Source: Alphaproteobacteria bacterium (GTDB lineage: Bacteria; Pseudomonadota; Alphaproteobacteria; UBA828). From it: a DNA stretch of 64,000 nucleotides. The notes beneath the pieces were generated by a model, which had not been told where the DNA came from, did no database searches, and was given only the letters and a program-made list of their open reading frames with translations. Shown here one piece after another: positions 28,340 through 37,538 of this stretch. Both the position numbers and the translations under genes were made by a program. The DNA lies in the NCBI GenBank assembly GCA_016869195.1, contig VGET01000002.1, forward strand, positions 1,163 through 65,162, in the 5' to 3' direction. Each line of letters opens with the position of its first letter. The stretch's first letter is position 1.

Positions 28340-31300
28340 ATGGCAACCAAAAGAATGCTGATCGACAGCAGCCATCCCGAGGAAACTCGCGTGGTGGTCG
28401 CGACGGGCAACCGACTCGATGAGTTTGACTTTGAAACGTCGACCCGCAAACAGCTCAAGGGAAACATTTATCTCGCCAAGGTGACGCGCGTAGAGCCGTC
28501 GCTCCAGGCGGCCTTCGTCGACTATGGCGGCAATCGTCATGGCTTTTTGCCGTTCAGCGAAATTCACCCCGACTACTACCAGATCCCGGTTTCCGATCGG
28601 GAGGCCCTGTTCCGCGAGCAGGAAGCCGCGGAGGCCCACGAGGAGGAGGAGGAAGAGCGGCGAACGCGCGGTCGCCGACGCCGTCAACGTCACCCCTCCC
28701 CGCAAAGCGGCGGGAGCCCGATCGAACCGGCGGAAGAGTCTGAGTCAATCGGCCCTGCGGGAGAGCAGGCTGGGGATGATGTCGGTTCGTTCGAGCCCAA
28801 TATTTGGGAACCGGATGACGCCGAGCAGGGTGAGCCGCACGATGATGACCTCTCCAAGGGCCCGGATTCGTGGCAGGCGCTCGAGACGGGAGCGCCGCCT
28901 ACCCTATCCCGCCCGCCGGAGGAGGATCGGGGGTTAGACGACGATTCCGGTGACATGGAGTCGGACGAAGCCGGGTACGAACCCTATGAGATAGAAGCGA
29001 CCGGCAACGCGCCGCCGCCTCCCTATGATGACTCGCCGGATGCCGACGAGAGCTATTCGCCCAGCGATGTCGAGCCGTCCGGGTCGTCGTCGTCATATGC
29101 GGACGAGGCCAGGGCGCAGACCGAGGAATCACCCGCACAGCGGTTCGCGCCATCAGAGGGCCAGGATGAGACTCCGATCGAGAGGCGTGAAGAACCCGAG
29201 GCGGGCGCTCCAAACGGCAATGGCGCACCGGCCAACGCCGAGGGAGCCAGTGTTGAGGAGATTGGCGGCGACGAGGTCGACGACCAGGAGCGCCGTCGCG
29301 CCCATGTGAGCCGCTCGCTGCTCTCGCGCCGCTACAAGATCCAAGAGGTCATTAAGAAGCGGCAGATCATGTTGATCCAGGTGGTCAAGGAGGAGCGCGG
29401 CACGAAGGGCGCCGCCCTCACCACCTATTTGTCGCTCGCCGGCCGCTATTGCGTGCTGATGCCCAATGCGATTCGTGGCGGCGGCATCTCGCGCAAGATC
29501 GTCAATGCCGAGGATCGGCGCCGCCTGAAGGCGATCACGAGCGAGCTCGACCTGCCTTCGCGCATGGGCGTGATCGTGCGTACAGCCGGCATGAACCGCA
29601 CCAAGGCCGAGATCAAACGCGACTTCGAGTATCTGTTGCGCCAGTGGGAGAGCATTCGCGAGCTCACCCTGCGCTCGACCGCACCGTCCCTGATCTATGG
29701 CGAGGCCGATCTCATCCGGCGGTCGATCCGCGATCTCTACTCCAAGGATATTGACGAGATTCTGGTTGATGGCGATGAGGGGTACCGCGTCGCCAAGGAC
29801 TTCATGCGCACGCTGATTCCGAGCCATACAGCGAAGGTGCAGCCCTATCGCGACCGCGTGCCGCTGTTCGTGCGCTATCAGGTCGAGAGCCAGCTCGATT
29901 CTATGTACAGCCCGCAAGTGCAGCTGAAGTCGGGCGGTTATCTGGTGATCAATCAGACCGAGGCGCTGGTCGCGATCGACGTGAACTCGGGCCGCGCCAC
30001 CCGCGAGCGCAACATCGAAGAGACCGCGTTCCGAACGAACATGGAAGCGGCCGAGGAAATCGCGCGCCAGCTCCGGCTGCGCGATTTGGCCGGCCTGATC
30101 GTGATCGATTTCATCGACATGGACGAAGGCCGCAATCAGCGCTCGGTGGAGCGGCGCCTTAAAGAGGCGATGAAGAGCGACCGGGCGCGCATTCAGATCG
30201 GCCGCATCAGTCCGTTCGGTCTGCTCGAGCTGTCGCGCCAGCGCCTGCGCCCGAGCCTTGCCGAAGCCAGCATGGAAGCCTGCGCGAGCTGCGGCGGCGC
30301 AGGCATGGTGCGCTCGGTCGAATCCGCGGCGCTTCATGTGCTGCGCGCGATCGAGGAAGAAGGCCTGCGCGGACGCTCGGCCGAAATTCGCGTCAAGCTG
30401 CCGAACAAGGTGGCGCTCTACATCCTCAACAACAAACGCTCCGCGCTGGCTGACATCGAGACGCGCTACAGCTTTGTTACCTCCTTCGCAGAGGACAGCG
30501 CCCTCATCTCCGGCGGCCACGAAATCGAGCGGCTTCGCGCCAAGTCGGAGGCGACGTTTGCATCCGACGCTCGGGCTCATGAGCCGATCACGGCCGAGGC
30601 TGTCGAGGTGCCGCCACTCGAGGATGAGCGAGATATTGCACCGGAGGCCGAAGCCGAGGTTGAAACGGCGAGCGAAGAAATAGCCGTCCGTGAGGCGGAA
30701 ACCGGTGACGACCGGCAGGACGATGGCGGACGCCGCCGTCGCCGTCGGCGCCGGCGGAGCGGCAGCGAAAGCGGCGAACGGGGTGAGCGAGGCGAGCGAG
30801 GCAAGGCGCGCATCCGGCAGAGAGATGCCGAGCAACCCGAGCCGGGTGACGAAGGTCAGCGCCAAGTCGCCGCCCAATCGGAAGCAGATGAAGAGTCGCT
30901 GAGTAGCGGCGATGTGGACGAGGTGGTCGCCGCCCAAAATGGCGAACCGGGCGCTTTGGGCGAGGATGACGCTGGGCGCTCCGCTCGTCGGCGTCGCCGT
31001 GGCAGGCGCGGCGGTCGTCGGCGCCGTGGCCGCGGCGGCCAAGGTGCCGAGTTCGAGGCGCAATCGACAGCGCCCGGGCTCGATGGCGAACCGGGCGATG
31101 AGCTTGTCGCCGAGTCCGACCAGCCGATCGCGTCAGACGGTGACGCCGAGGCAGGCGACGGACCATCGAGGGGCCGCCGGCGCCGTCGGCGTGGGCGCCG
31201 CGATCGAGGCGTCGGTCGCCCGACCGTCGAGCACGAGGCCTCGGCAAATGGCGGCGACCAGGATGAGATCGGTGGCGGCGACATCGCCTCCTGGCAGCCC

Positions 31301-31561
31301 GCGGAGGGAGGGCCGTCGACCGGCGAAAGCGCTGCTGATCAGCCGGCCGCCGCTTTCCCGTCGCACGATGCGATCATTGTCGAGAATGCGCCTGCCCCCG
31401 AACCGCAAGCTGCAGCACCAATCGAGATGCAAGCGGAGCCGTCAGCCGAGCCCCGAGGACCAGCCACCGGGCCGGCTGCCGATGAGCCGCCGCCGCCTGA
31501 GCCTGCGCCCTCGGGCCCGCCCCGTCGCGGCTGGTGGCAGCGCGTTCTGACCGGTCGGTAG
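28340..31561 (+). CDS. rne: Ribonuclease E
   Basis: 1073 aa. S1 domain (IYLAKVTRVEPSLQAAFVDYGGNRHGFLPF), DNase-I-like/RNase H-like catalytic core (LIAIDVNSG, DFIDM), Zn-link CxxC, and an Arg-rich/acidic scaffold C-terminus. A roughly 230-aa acidic insertion sits in the S1 region. Confidence 0.95.
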   Translation: MATKRMLIDSSHPEETRVVVATGNRLDEFDFETSTRKQLKGNIYLAKVTRVEPSLQAAFVDYGGNRHGFLPFSEIHPDYYQIPVSDREALFREQEAAEAHEEEEEERRTRGRRRRQRHPSPQSGGSPIEPAEESESIGPAGEQAGDDVGSFEPNIWEPDDAEQGEPHDDDLSKGPDSWQALETGAPPTLSRPPEEDRGLDDDSGDMESDEAGYEPYEIEATGNAPPPPYDDSPDADESYSPSDVEPSGSSSSYADEARAQTEESPAQRFAPSEGQDETPIERREEPEAGAPNGNGAPANAEGASVEEIGGDEVDDQERRRAHVSRSLLSRRYKIQEVIKKRQIMLIQVVKEERGTKGAALTTYLSLAGRYCVLMPNAIRGGGISRKIVNAEDRRRLKAITSELDLPSRMGVIVRTAGMNRTKAEIKRDFEYLLRQWESIRELTLRSTAPSLIYGEADLIRRSIRDLYSKDIDEILVDGDEGYRVAKDFMRTLIPSHTAKVQPYRDRVPLFVRYQVESQLDSMYSPQVQLKSGGYLVINQTEALVAIDVNSGRATRERNIEETAFRTNMEAAEEIARQLRLRDLAGLIVIDFIDMDEGRNQRSVERRLKEAMKSDRARIQIGRISPFGLLELSRQRLRPSLAEASMEACASCGGAGMVRSVESAALHVLRAIEEEGLRGRSAEIRVKLPNKVALYILNNKRSALADIETRYSFVTSFAEDSALISGGHEIERLRAKSEATFASDARAHEPITAEAVEVPPLEDERDIAPEAEAEVETASEEIAVREAETGDDRQDDGGRRRRRRRRRSGSESGERGERGERGKARIRQRDAEQPEPGDEGQRQVAAQSEADEESLSSGDVDEVVAAQNGEPGALGEDDAGRSARRRRRGRRGGRRRRGRGGQGAEFEAQSTAPGLDGEPGDELVAESDQPIASDGDAEAGDGPSRGRRRRRRGRRDRGVGRPTVEHEASANGGDQDEIGGGDIASWQPAEGGPSTGESAADQPAAAFPSHDAIIVENAPAPEPQAAAPIEMQAEPSAEPRGPATGPAADEPPPPEPAPSGPPRRGWWQRVLTGR

Positions 31562-31569
31562 AGGCGCGA

Positions 31570-32712
31570 TCAGCGCAGCCAGCGCTTCAGCGCGTCGCAG
31601 GCTGCTTCGATCTGCTCGCTCGGACCGGCGAAGGAAAACCGCACGAAGTGGCGGCCACGCTCGCGATCGAAATCAATGCCGGGCGTTGCCGCCACGCCGG
31701 CCTCGTGCAGCATGCGCTGACAGAACTCCTCGCTGTCATTGGTGAGGCGCGACACGTCGGCATAGATGTAGAACGCGCCGTCGCATGGCGCGAACTCGCC
31801 GAAGCCGGCCTCGGGTAGGGTCTTCATCAAGAGGGCGCGATTGCGCGCATAGCGCTCGACATTGGCGTCGAGTTCTGCGCTGCAATCGAATGCTGCAAGA
31901 GCCGCGAATTGGGCAATCGCGGGTGGTGAGATGAAGAAATTCTGTGCCAGCCGCTCGACCGGCCTGATGAGCTCGGTCGGCAGCACAAGCCAGCCGAGGC
32001 GCCAGCCGGTCATGGCGAAGTATTTCGAGAAGCCGTTGGTCACGATCGCGCGGTCGGAGAACTTGAGCACCGTCTCCGCGCGCTCGCCATAGGTGATGCC
32101 GTGATAAATCTCGTCCGAGACGAGCCGGATACCCCTCGCCTCGGCGTGCTCCGCGATCGCCTTCAGCCGGCTGCGCTCGATCAATGTGCCGGTCGGGTTC
32201 GACGGGCTCGCGATGATCATGCCCTCGGGCACCGGGTCCAGGCTGTCGACCAGCTCGACCGTCGGCTGAAACCGCTCGGTAATGCCGGCTGGAATGCGCA
32301 CCACGTTGATTCCGAGTGCGGCGCACATGTTGCGATAGGCCGGATAGCTCGGATCGACCAGCGCGAGGCGATCGCCCGCATCGAACGCGGCGAGAAAGGC
32401 CAGTATGAATCCGCCGGACGAACCGGTCGTGACGATGATGCGCTCGGGCGCGACGGTCACGCCGTAATAGTCGAGATAGTGGCGCGCGATGCGCTGGCGC
32501 AGCGCCGGCAACCCCAATGATTCCGTGTAGCCGAGATGGGCGCGATCAAGCGCGGCGTGCGCAGCCTCTAATACGCCCCGCGGCGTTCCGGATCCCGGTT
32601 CGCCGGCCTCGAGGCGAAACACCGTGTCGCCGCCGGCCGCCTTGGTGTTCGCCATGCGTAGCACTTCCATGGCGAAGAATGGCGGCACATCCGCCCGCTT
32701 CGAGACTTTCAT
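31570..32712 (-). CDS. PLP-dependent aminotransferase class I/II
   Basis: 380 aa. Fold-type I motifs including the SKYFAMTGWRLGW PLP-lysine region. Confidence 0.9.
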   Translation of the reverse strand: MKVSKRADVPPFFAMEVLRMANTKAAGGDTVFRLEAGEPGSGTPRGVLEAAHAALDRAHLGYTESLGLPALRQRIARHYLDYYGVTVAPERIIVTTGSSGGFILAFLAAFDAGDRLALVDPSYPAYRNMCAALGINVVRIPAGITERFQPTVELVDSLDPVPEGMIIASPSNPTGTLIERSRLKAIAEHAEARGIRLVSDEIYHGITYGERAETVLKFSDRAIVTNGFSKYFAMTGWRLGWLVLPTELIRPVERLAQNFFISPPAIAQFAALAAFDCSAELDANVERYARNRALLMKTLPEAGFGEFAPCDGAFYIYADVSRLTNDSEEFCQRMLHEAGVAATPGIDFDRERGRHFVRFSFAGPSEQIEAACDALKRWLR

Positions 32713-32739
32713 GTCTGGCTCCGATGTCGGCGCGCGAGC

Positions 32740-34413
32740 TCAGAAGACGCCGCCGACCGCGAGGCCGCTGCCACGCGGGTCGGTGCTGAAGACGCAGCTC
32801 TCGGGTTCGCGAGGCAGTCCCTCGAGGCAGGCGATCGCGTTGACCCGCCCGATTTCGGGCACTTCGTCGACGTCGTGGCCGCGTGCCTCGAGCTCTGCTC
32901 TGGCCGATGCCAGGCCGGGCTCGACATAGGTGCGATCCGGGACCGCACCGTGGTGCAGCCGCGGTGCCGCGACGGCCTCCTTCAGCGGCATTTCGTTGAC
33001 CAACAGATTGGTCAACACGGTGGCGAGTGCGCTCGGCGCGGCCGCACCGCCCGAGGCCGACCCGACAAAGAACGTTTGATGAGAATTGTGGTTCACAAGA
33101 ACGGCAGGGGTGAATGACGTGATGGGCTCGGCCGTTCCATTGCGCGGCGCGGCGGCGATCGGAAAGCCAAAGCCCGGCACGATCCGCCCGCTGCCGAACA
33201 GATTGTTGAGTGTGATCACGCAGGTGATTGCCGTGCCGGCGCGATCGACGACCGCGAAGCTGGTGCCGGCGGGATTCTCCGCTGGCCAGCGATCGGGCGA
33301 TTCTGTGGTCGCCCGGTGTGCGCCGGGGTCGAAGCCTGCCATCATGCGCTCGATCGCAGCCTCGTCGATCGTTTCAAGCACGCCGTCAGTCCGCGCGAGC
33401 CAAGCGCGCTGCGAGGCCTCGGCCGCCAAGTGAGCGCGGCCTGCGCCGTCGGTGTTCTTGAGACGATCATCCTGTTGGAGCGCTGCGAAGGCACGCACGG
33501 CGGTCAGCCCACCCATGCTTGGCGCTCGCGCGGTGTGCAGCACGTTGCTGCCGATCTCGACCCTTACGGTTGGCTGCCATGCGGGCGCCACGGCCTGAAG
33601 CTCCGCCAGCGCAAGCGACCCGCCGATCGTCTCAACGCCTTCGATCAGGCGCTGCGCCAGCGCGCCGCGATAGAACTCGCCCGCACCTTTGGTGCGGATC
33701 TGCGAGATCACCCCGGCAAGATCGAGCGATGCGATCGTGTCTCCCGCGCGGGCAAGCTCGCCCGCCTCGGTTGTGAAAAGCTGTCGCGCACCCTCATCGG
33801 CGAGCAAGGGCCCGGCGGCAAGATCAAGGTCACGCGCGAACGCGCGCGACACCTTGTAGCCAAAGCGGGCGAGACTCTCGGCCGGCGCCAGCAGCGTCTC
33901 CCAGCGCTCGGCGCCATAACGCGCGTGCAGCGCCGCCATGCCGCGCACGGCCGCGGGGATCCCGGTCGGCCGGTCGCCGCCCTCGGCCTGCGAGGCACGC
34001 GCCGAAAATTCCAGAACCTCGGTCGCATCGCCCTTTTTCTTCGAGGGCCGGTAGACCAGACAGGCGCCTCCGCCACCAAGGCTCGCCGTCGACGGGTAGG
34101 TCACCGCGAGCGCAAAGAAGAGCGCGACGGTCGCGTCCGCTGCTGTGCCGCCGCCCGCCAGCACATCCCGCGCAATCTGGGCCGCGACCGGCTCATCCGC
34201 CGCAACACCGCCGATGAACCCCTGGCCGTCATTGGGCGCGACCACGCCGGGCGCCGGCTCATCGCCCGTCCCGCCGCAACCCGCCAGAAGCGCGACGACG
34301 CAGAGGCCCGAGATCGCGGCGCGCGCCGATTGACGGGCCCAATCCCAGCACCTAATTATCCAGCCGATGGGTTTCTCCCTCTCGTCCGCTTCCAGGCTCG
34401 CTCGCGGTGTCAT
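32740..34413 (-). CDS. ggt: Gamma-glutamyltransferase family protein (probable lipoprotein)
   Basis: Catalytic Thr region TSFAVVDRAGTAITCVITLNNLFGSG and a lipobox LLAGC after a hydrophobic stretch. The start is uncertain (ATG 34413 or 34521). With either choice it overlaps the divergent neighbour's start. Confidence 0.8.
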   Translation of the reverse strand: MTPRASLEADEREKPIGWIIRCWDWARQSARAAISGLCVVALLAGCGGTGDEPAPGVVAPNDGQGFIGGVAADEPVAAQIARDVLAGGGTAADATVALFFALAVTYPSTASLGGGGACLVYRPSKKKGDATEVLEFSARASQAEGGDRPTGIPAAVRGMAALHARYGAERWETLLAPAESLARFGYKVSRAFARDLDLAAGPLLADEGARQLFTTEAGELARAGDTIASLDLAGVISQIRTKGAGEFYRGALAQRLIEGVETIGGSLALAELQAVAPAWQPTVRVEIGSNVLHTARAPSMGGLTAVRAFAALQQDDRLKNTDGAGRAHLAAEASQRAWLARTDGVLETIDEAAIERMMAGFDPGAHRATTESPDRWPAENPAGTSFAVVDRAGTAITCVITLNNLFGSGRIVPGFGFPIAAAPRNGTAEPITSFTPAVLVNHNSHQTFFVGSASGGAAAPSALATVLTNLLVNEMPLKEAVAAPRLHHGAVPDRTYVEPGLASARAELEARGHDVDEVPEIGRVNAIACLEGLPREPESCVFSTDPRGSGLAVGGVF

Positions 34414-35746
34414 TCTGCTTGTGGCCTCGCTGGCTTTGCTTGTCGGCTTGGTTTCGCAGGCGAAGGCGGCGGATCGCCTGACATTGATTAGGGACGCCGA
34501 GATCGAAGCCACCATTCGCACGTACGCCGATCCTCTGCTCCACGTCGCCGGCTTGGACCGCGAAGCGGTTCAGGTTCACCTCGTTCAGGATAGCCGGCTG
34601 AATGCCTTCGTGGCCGGCGGCATGAACCTTTTTATCAACACGGGACTCCTGCAATCAAGCGAGACGCCGAACGAGGTAATCGGCGTGATCGCGCACGAAA
34701 TTGGCCACATTTCAGGCGGACACCTGATTCGCCGCCAGGAGGCGCTGGAGAACGCGACCGCCGAGGCGATTCTTGCCACCGTCCTTGGCGCCGTGGTGAT
34801 CGCGGCGGGTGGTGGCGAGGCTGGTGCCGTGGTCATCCAGGGCGGTCAGGCGGCGGCCCAAGGGTCGCTCTTGCGTTATTCTCAGGGACAGGAAAGCGCC
34901 GCCGATCAGGCCGGCCTGAAATACCTTGAGCAGACCGGCCAGTCGGCGCGTGGCCTGCTCAAACTGTTTCGCAAGCTCGAGGATCAGGAGCTGCTGATCT
35001 CCGCGCGCCAAAGCCCATATTTAAGGACGCACCCGCTTACCCGCGAGCGCGTGCGCGCGGTCGAGTTCGAGATCGAGCGATCGAAATATTCCAGCGCGGA
35101 GGACCCGCCGGAGCGCCTTGAAGCTCATCGGCGCATGGTGGCGAAGCTGGTCGGCTTCATCGAGCCGACCGACAAGGTGCTGCGGCTCTATCCGCTCAAG
35201 GACAAGAGCGTCTATGCGCGCTATGCCCGCGCGGTCTCCTATCATCGCCAAACCGACCTTCCACGCGCACTTGCCGAGATCGATTCCTTGATCGCCGAGC
35301 AGCCCGCCGATCCTTTTTTCCACGAGCTCAAGGGCCAGATCCTGTTCGAACAGGGCAAAGTGAAGGAGTCTATCGCGCCCTATGCCGAGTCCGTCAGGCT
35401 CGCGCCGGATGAGCCCCTGCTGCGCTACGGCTATGGCCGTGCTTTGATCGAATCCGGTGAATCAGAGGGCCTGGACGAGGCGGTCAGGCAGCTCAAGATT
35501 GCGGTCGAGCGCGAGCCGACCTATGCCGCCTACTGGCACTTCTATGGGGTTGCGCTCGGGCGCACCGGCAAAATGCCTGAATCCGCGCTCGCCTTCGCCG
35601 AGCGGGCCGTGCTGAAACGGGAATATGCCGAGGCGCGCTTTCACGCCGAAAAGGCCTCGAACGGCCTCAAGTCCGGCAGCCCGCAATGGCTGCGCGCGCA
35701 GGACATTCTGAACGAGGCGAACAACCAGAAAGACGCCGACCGATAG
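34367..35746 (+). CDS. M48-family Zn-metalloprotease with C-terminal TPR repeats (BepA-like)
   Basis: Signal peptide MGFSLSSASRLARGVILLVASLALLVGLVSQAKA. HEXXH motif (IAHEIGHISGGH). C-terminal TPR-like helices. Confidence 0.8.
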   Translation: MGFSLSSASRLARGVILLVASLALLVGLVSQAKAADRLTLIRDAEIEATIRTYADPLLHVAGLDREAVQVHLVQDSRLNAFVAGGMNLFINTGLLQSSETPNEVIGVIAHEIGHISGGHLIRRQEALENATAEAILATVLGAVVIAAGGGEAGAVVIQGGQAAAQGSLLRYSQGQESAADQAGLKYLEQTGQSARGLLKLFRKLEDQELLISARQSPYLRTHPLTRERVRAVEFEIERSKYSSAEDPPERLEAHRRMVAKLVGFIEPTDKVLRLYPLKDKSVYARYARAVSYHRQTDLPRALAEIDSLIAEQPADPFFHELKGQILFEQGKVKESIAPYAESVRLAPDEPLLRYGYGRALIESGESEGLDEAVRQLKIAVEREPTYAAYWHFYGVALGRTGKMPESALAFAERAVLKREYAEARFHAEKASNGLKSGSPQWLRAQDILNEANNQKDADR

Positions 35747-35762
35747 TGGGTCGGCGGCCCGA

Positions 35763-37514
35763 TTGCCCGCCACGCGTGCGGCAGGTATCGTGCGTGGAGC
35801 AGCATGTCGCAGCCACGCCCGGGGGTATGAGGTGTACGATCTGATCATTCGCGGTGCACGCGTCGCCGATGGGCTTGGCGGCCCGATCGTCAGCACCGAT
35901 GTCGGGATCAAGGGTGAGCGGATCGCTGCGCTCGGCCGGCTGAGCGAACCGGCACGTGAGACGGTCGCGGCCGATGGCCTTGTCCTCTCTCCGGGCTTCG
36001 TCGATGTGCACACCCACTATGATGCGCAGCTCACCTGGGACCCGACCGCTTCGCCCTCGCCCGCGCTCGGCGTCACCACGGTCGTCCTGGGCAATTGCGG
36101 CTTTTCGCTCGCCCCCTGCCCGCCCGGTGCGCGTGACCTCGTGGCGCGCAACCTCGCGGAAGTCGAGGGCATGGAGCTCGATGCGCTAAGGGCCGGCATC
36201 GAGTGGAGCTTTGAGTCCTTCGCAGAATACCTTGCTGCGTTGCGGCGCAAAGGCACCTACCCGAATGCTGCGGCGTTTGTCGGCCATTCGACCGTGCGGA
36301 CCGCGGTCATGGGCGAGGACGGCTCGAAGCGCGCGGCGACCGCCGACGAAATCGCCGCGATGCGCAAGCTCGTGCGCGGCGCCATGGACGCGGGCGCGAT
36401 TGGCCTAGCATCGACCACGAGCGAGGGGCACTATGGATGGGGCGGCGTGCCCATGCCCTCGCGGCTCGCCTCGGATGATGAGTTCGCGACGCTGGTCGGC
36501 GCGCTTGGGGAATTCGGCCGAGGGATCTTCCAGATGACCGTGGGCCCGCGCACCACGGTTGATTTCCTCGAGACCTTGGCACGGCAGAGCGGTCGGCCCA
36601 CGGTGTTTGCGGCGGTCAACCACAACGCCATGTTCCCGGATCGCTGCACCGCGATCATGCGCGAGATCGAGGCGGCGCGGGCGCGGGGCGCCGAGGTCTG
36701 GGCTCAGACCAATTGCCAGCCGCTCTCCATGGACTTCCCACTGACCAGCGCCTACTGCATGTTTGGGCTCAATTCCTGGTCCAAGCTGCGGGAGACGACC
36801 GACAACGCGGTGTTCCGCCGCGCCTTCGCGGACCCAGAGTTTCGCAAGGCCTTTAGGGATGAGCTTGCCGTCAAGCGCGGCGGGCGTCTTTTCAACGGCG
36901 AGTGGAACAAGATCGAGGTCGCCTACTCTTCACGCCCGGAGAACTCGAAGCTCGAAGGCCGGCCGCTCGATGAGATCGCGCGCGAGCGCGGCCGTCACCC
37001 GGCCGAGGTGATGTTCGATGTGGCGCTGAGTGAAGACCTCGACACCGTGTTCAACGCCAAGCTGCTCAACAGCGAAGAAGACGCGGTCGAACCGCTGATC
37101 AAGAACGACGCCGGCGTCATCTCGCTGTCAGATGGCGGCGCACACCTGCGCTATATGTGCGACGCGGCTTATGGTTTGCATCTGCTCGGCCGCTGGGTAC
37201 GCGAGAAGCAGAGCTTCGAGCTGAGCGATGCGATCCGCCGGCTGACCAGCCTGCCCGCGCGCGCCTATCGAGTGATCGATCGTGGCGAGATTCGGGTCGG
37301 CGCGTTCGCCGATCTCTTGCTGATCGACCCTGCGACCGTCGGCCGCGGACCCTTGCGTCGCGTGCACGATCTCCCGGGCAACGCCAGCCGGCTCATCCGC
37401 GATCCGCTCGGCGTGCATGGCGTCTGGGTGAACGGCCAGCGCGTGTTCGACGGCAAGAACTATGTGCCGCACCTGCGCCCGCCGGGCCATGTGCTCGACA
37501 AGTTCGCGGGGTGA
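35763..37514 (+). CDS. N-acyl-D-amino-acid deacylase (D-aminoacylase) family amidohydrolase
   Basis: DLIIRGARVADG...SPGFVDVHTHYD metal-binding motif, 583 aa. A GTG at 35832 with GGGGG upstream is an alternative start. Confidence 0.8.
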   Translation: MPATRAAGIVRGAACRSHARGYEVYDLIIRGARVADGLGGPIVSTDVGIKGERIAALGRLSEPARETVAADGLVLSPGFVDVHTHYDAQLTWDPTASPSPALGVTTVVLGNCGFSLAPCPPGARDLVARNLAEVEGMELDALRAGIEWSFESFAEYLAALRRKGTYPNAAAFVGHSTVRTAVMGEDGSKRAATADEIAAMRKLVRGAMDAGAIGLASTTSEGHYGWGGVPMPSRLASDDEFATLVGALGEFGRGIFQMTVGPRTTVDFLETLARQSGRPTVFAAVNHNAMFPDRCTAIMREIEAARARGAEVWAQTNCQPLSMDFPLTSAYCMFGLNSWSKLRETTDNAVFRRAFADPEFRKAFRDELAVKRGGRLFNGEWNKIEVAYSSRPENSKLEGRPLDEIARERGRHPAEVMFDVALSEDLDTVFNAKLLNSEEDAVEPLIKNDAGVISLSDGGAHLRYMCDAAYGLHLLGRWVREKQSFELSDAIRRLTSLPARAYRVIDRGEIRVGAFADLLLIDPATVGRGPLRRVHDLPGNASRLIRDPLGVHGVWVNGQRVFDGKNYVPHLRPPGHVLDKFAG

Positions 37515-37538
37515 GCAACCGGAAAAATAACCGTCGCC

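Noticed and set aside
29153-31063. 636-aa minus-strand ORF
   Set aside because: Antisense to rne, mirroring its Arg/acidic-repeat region.
33316-34491. 391-aa + ORF
   Set aside because: Antisense to ggt.
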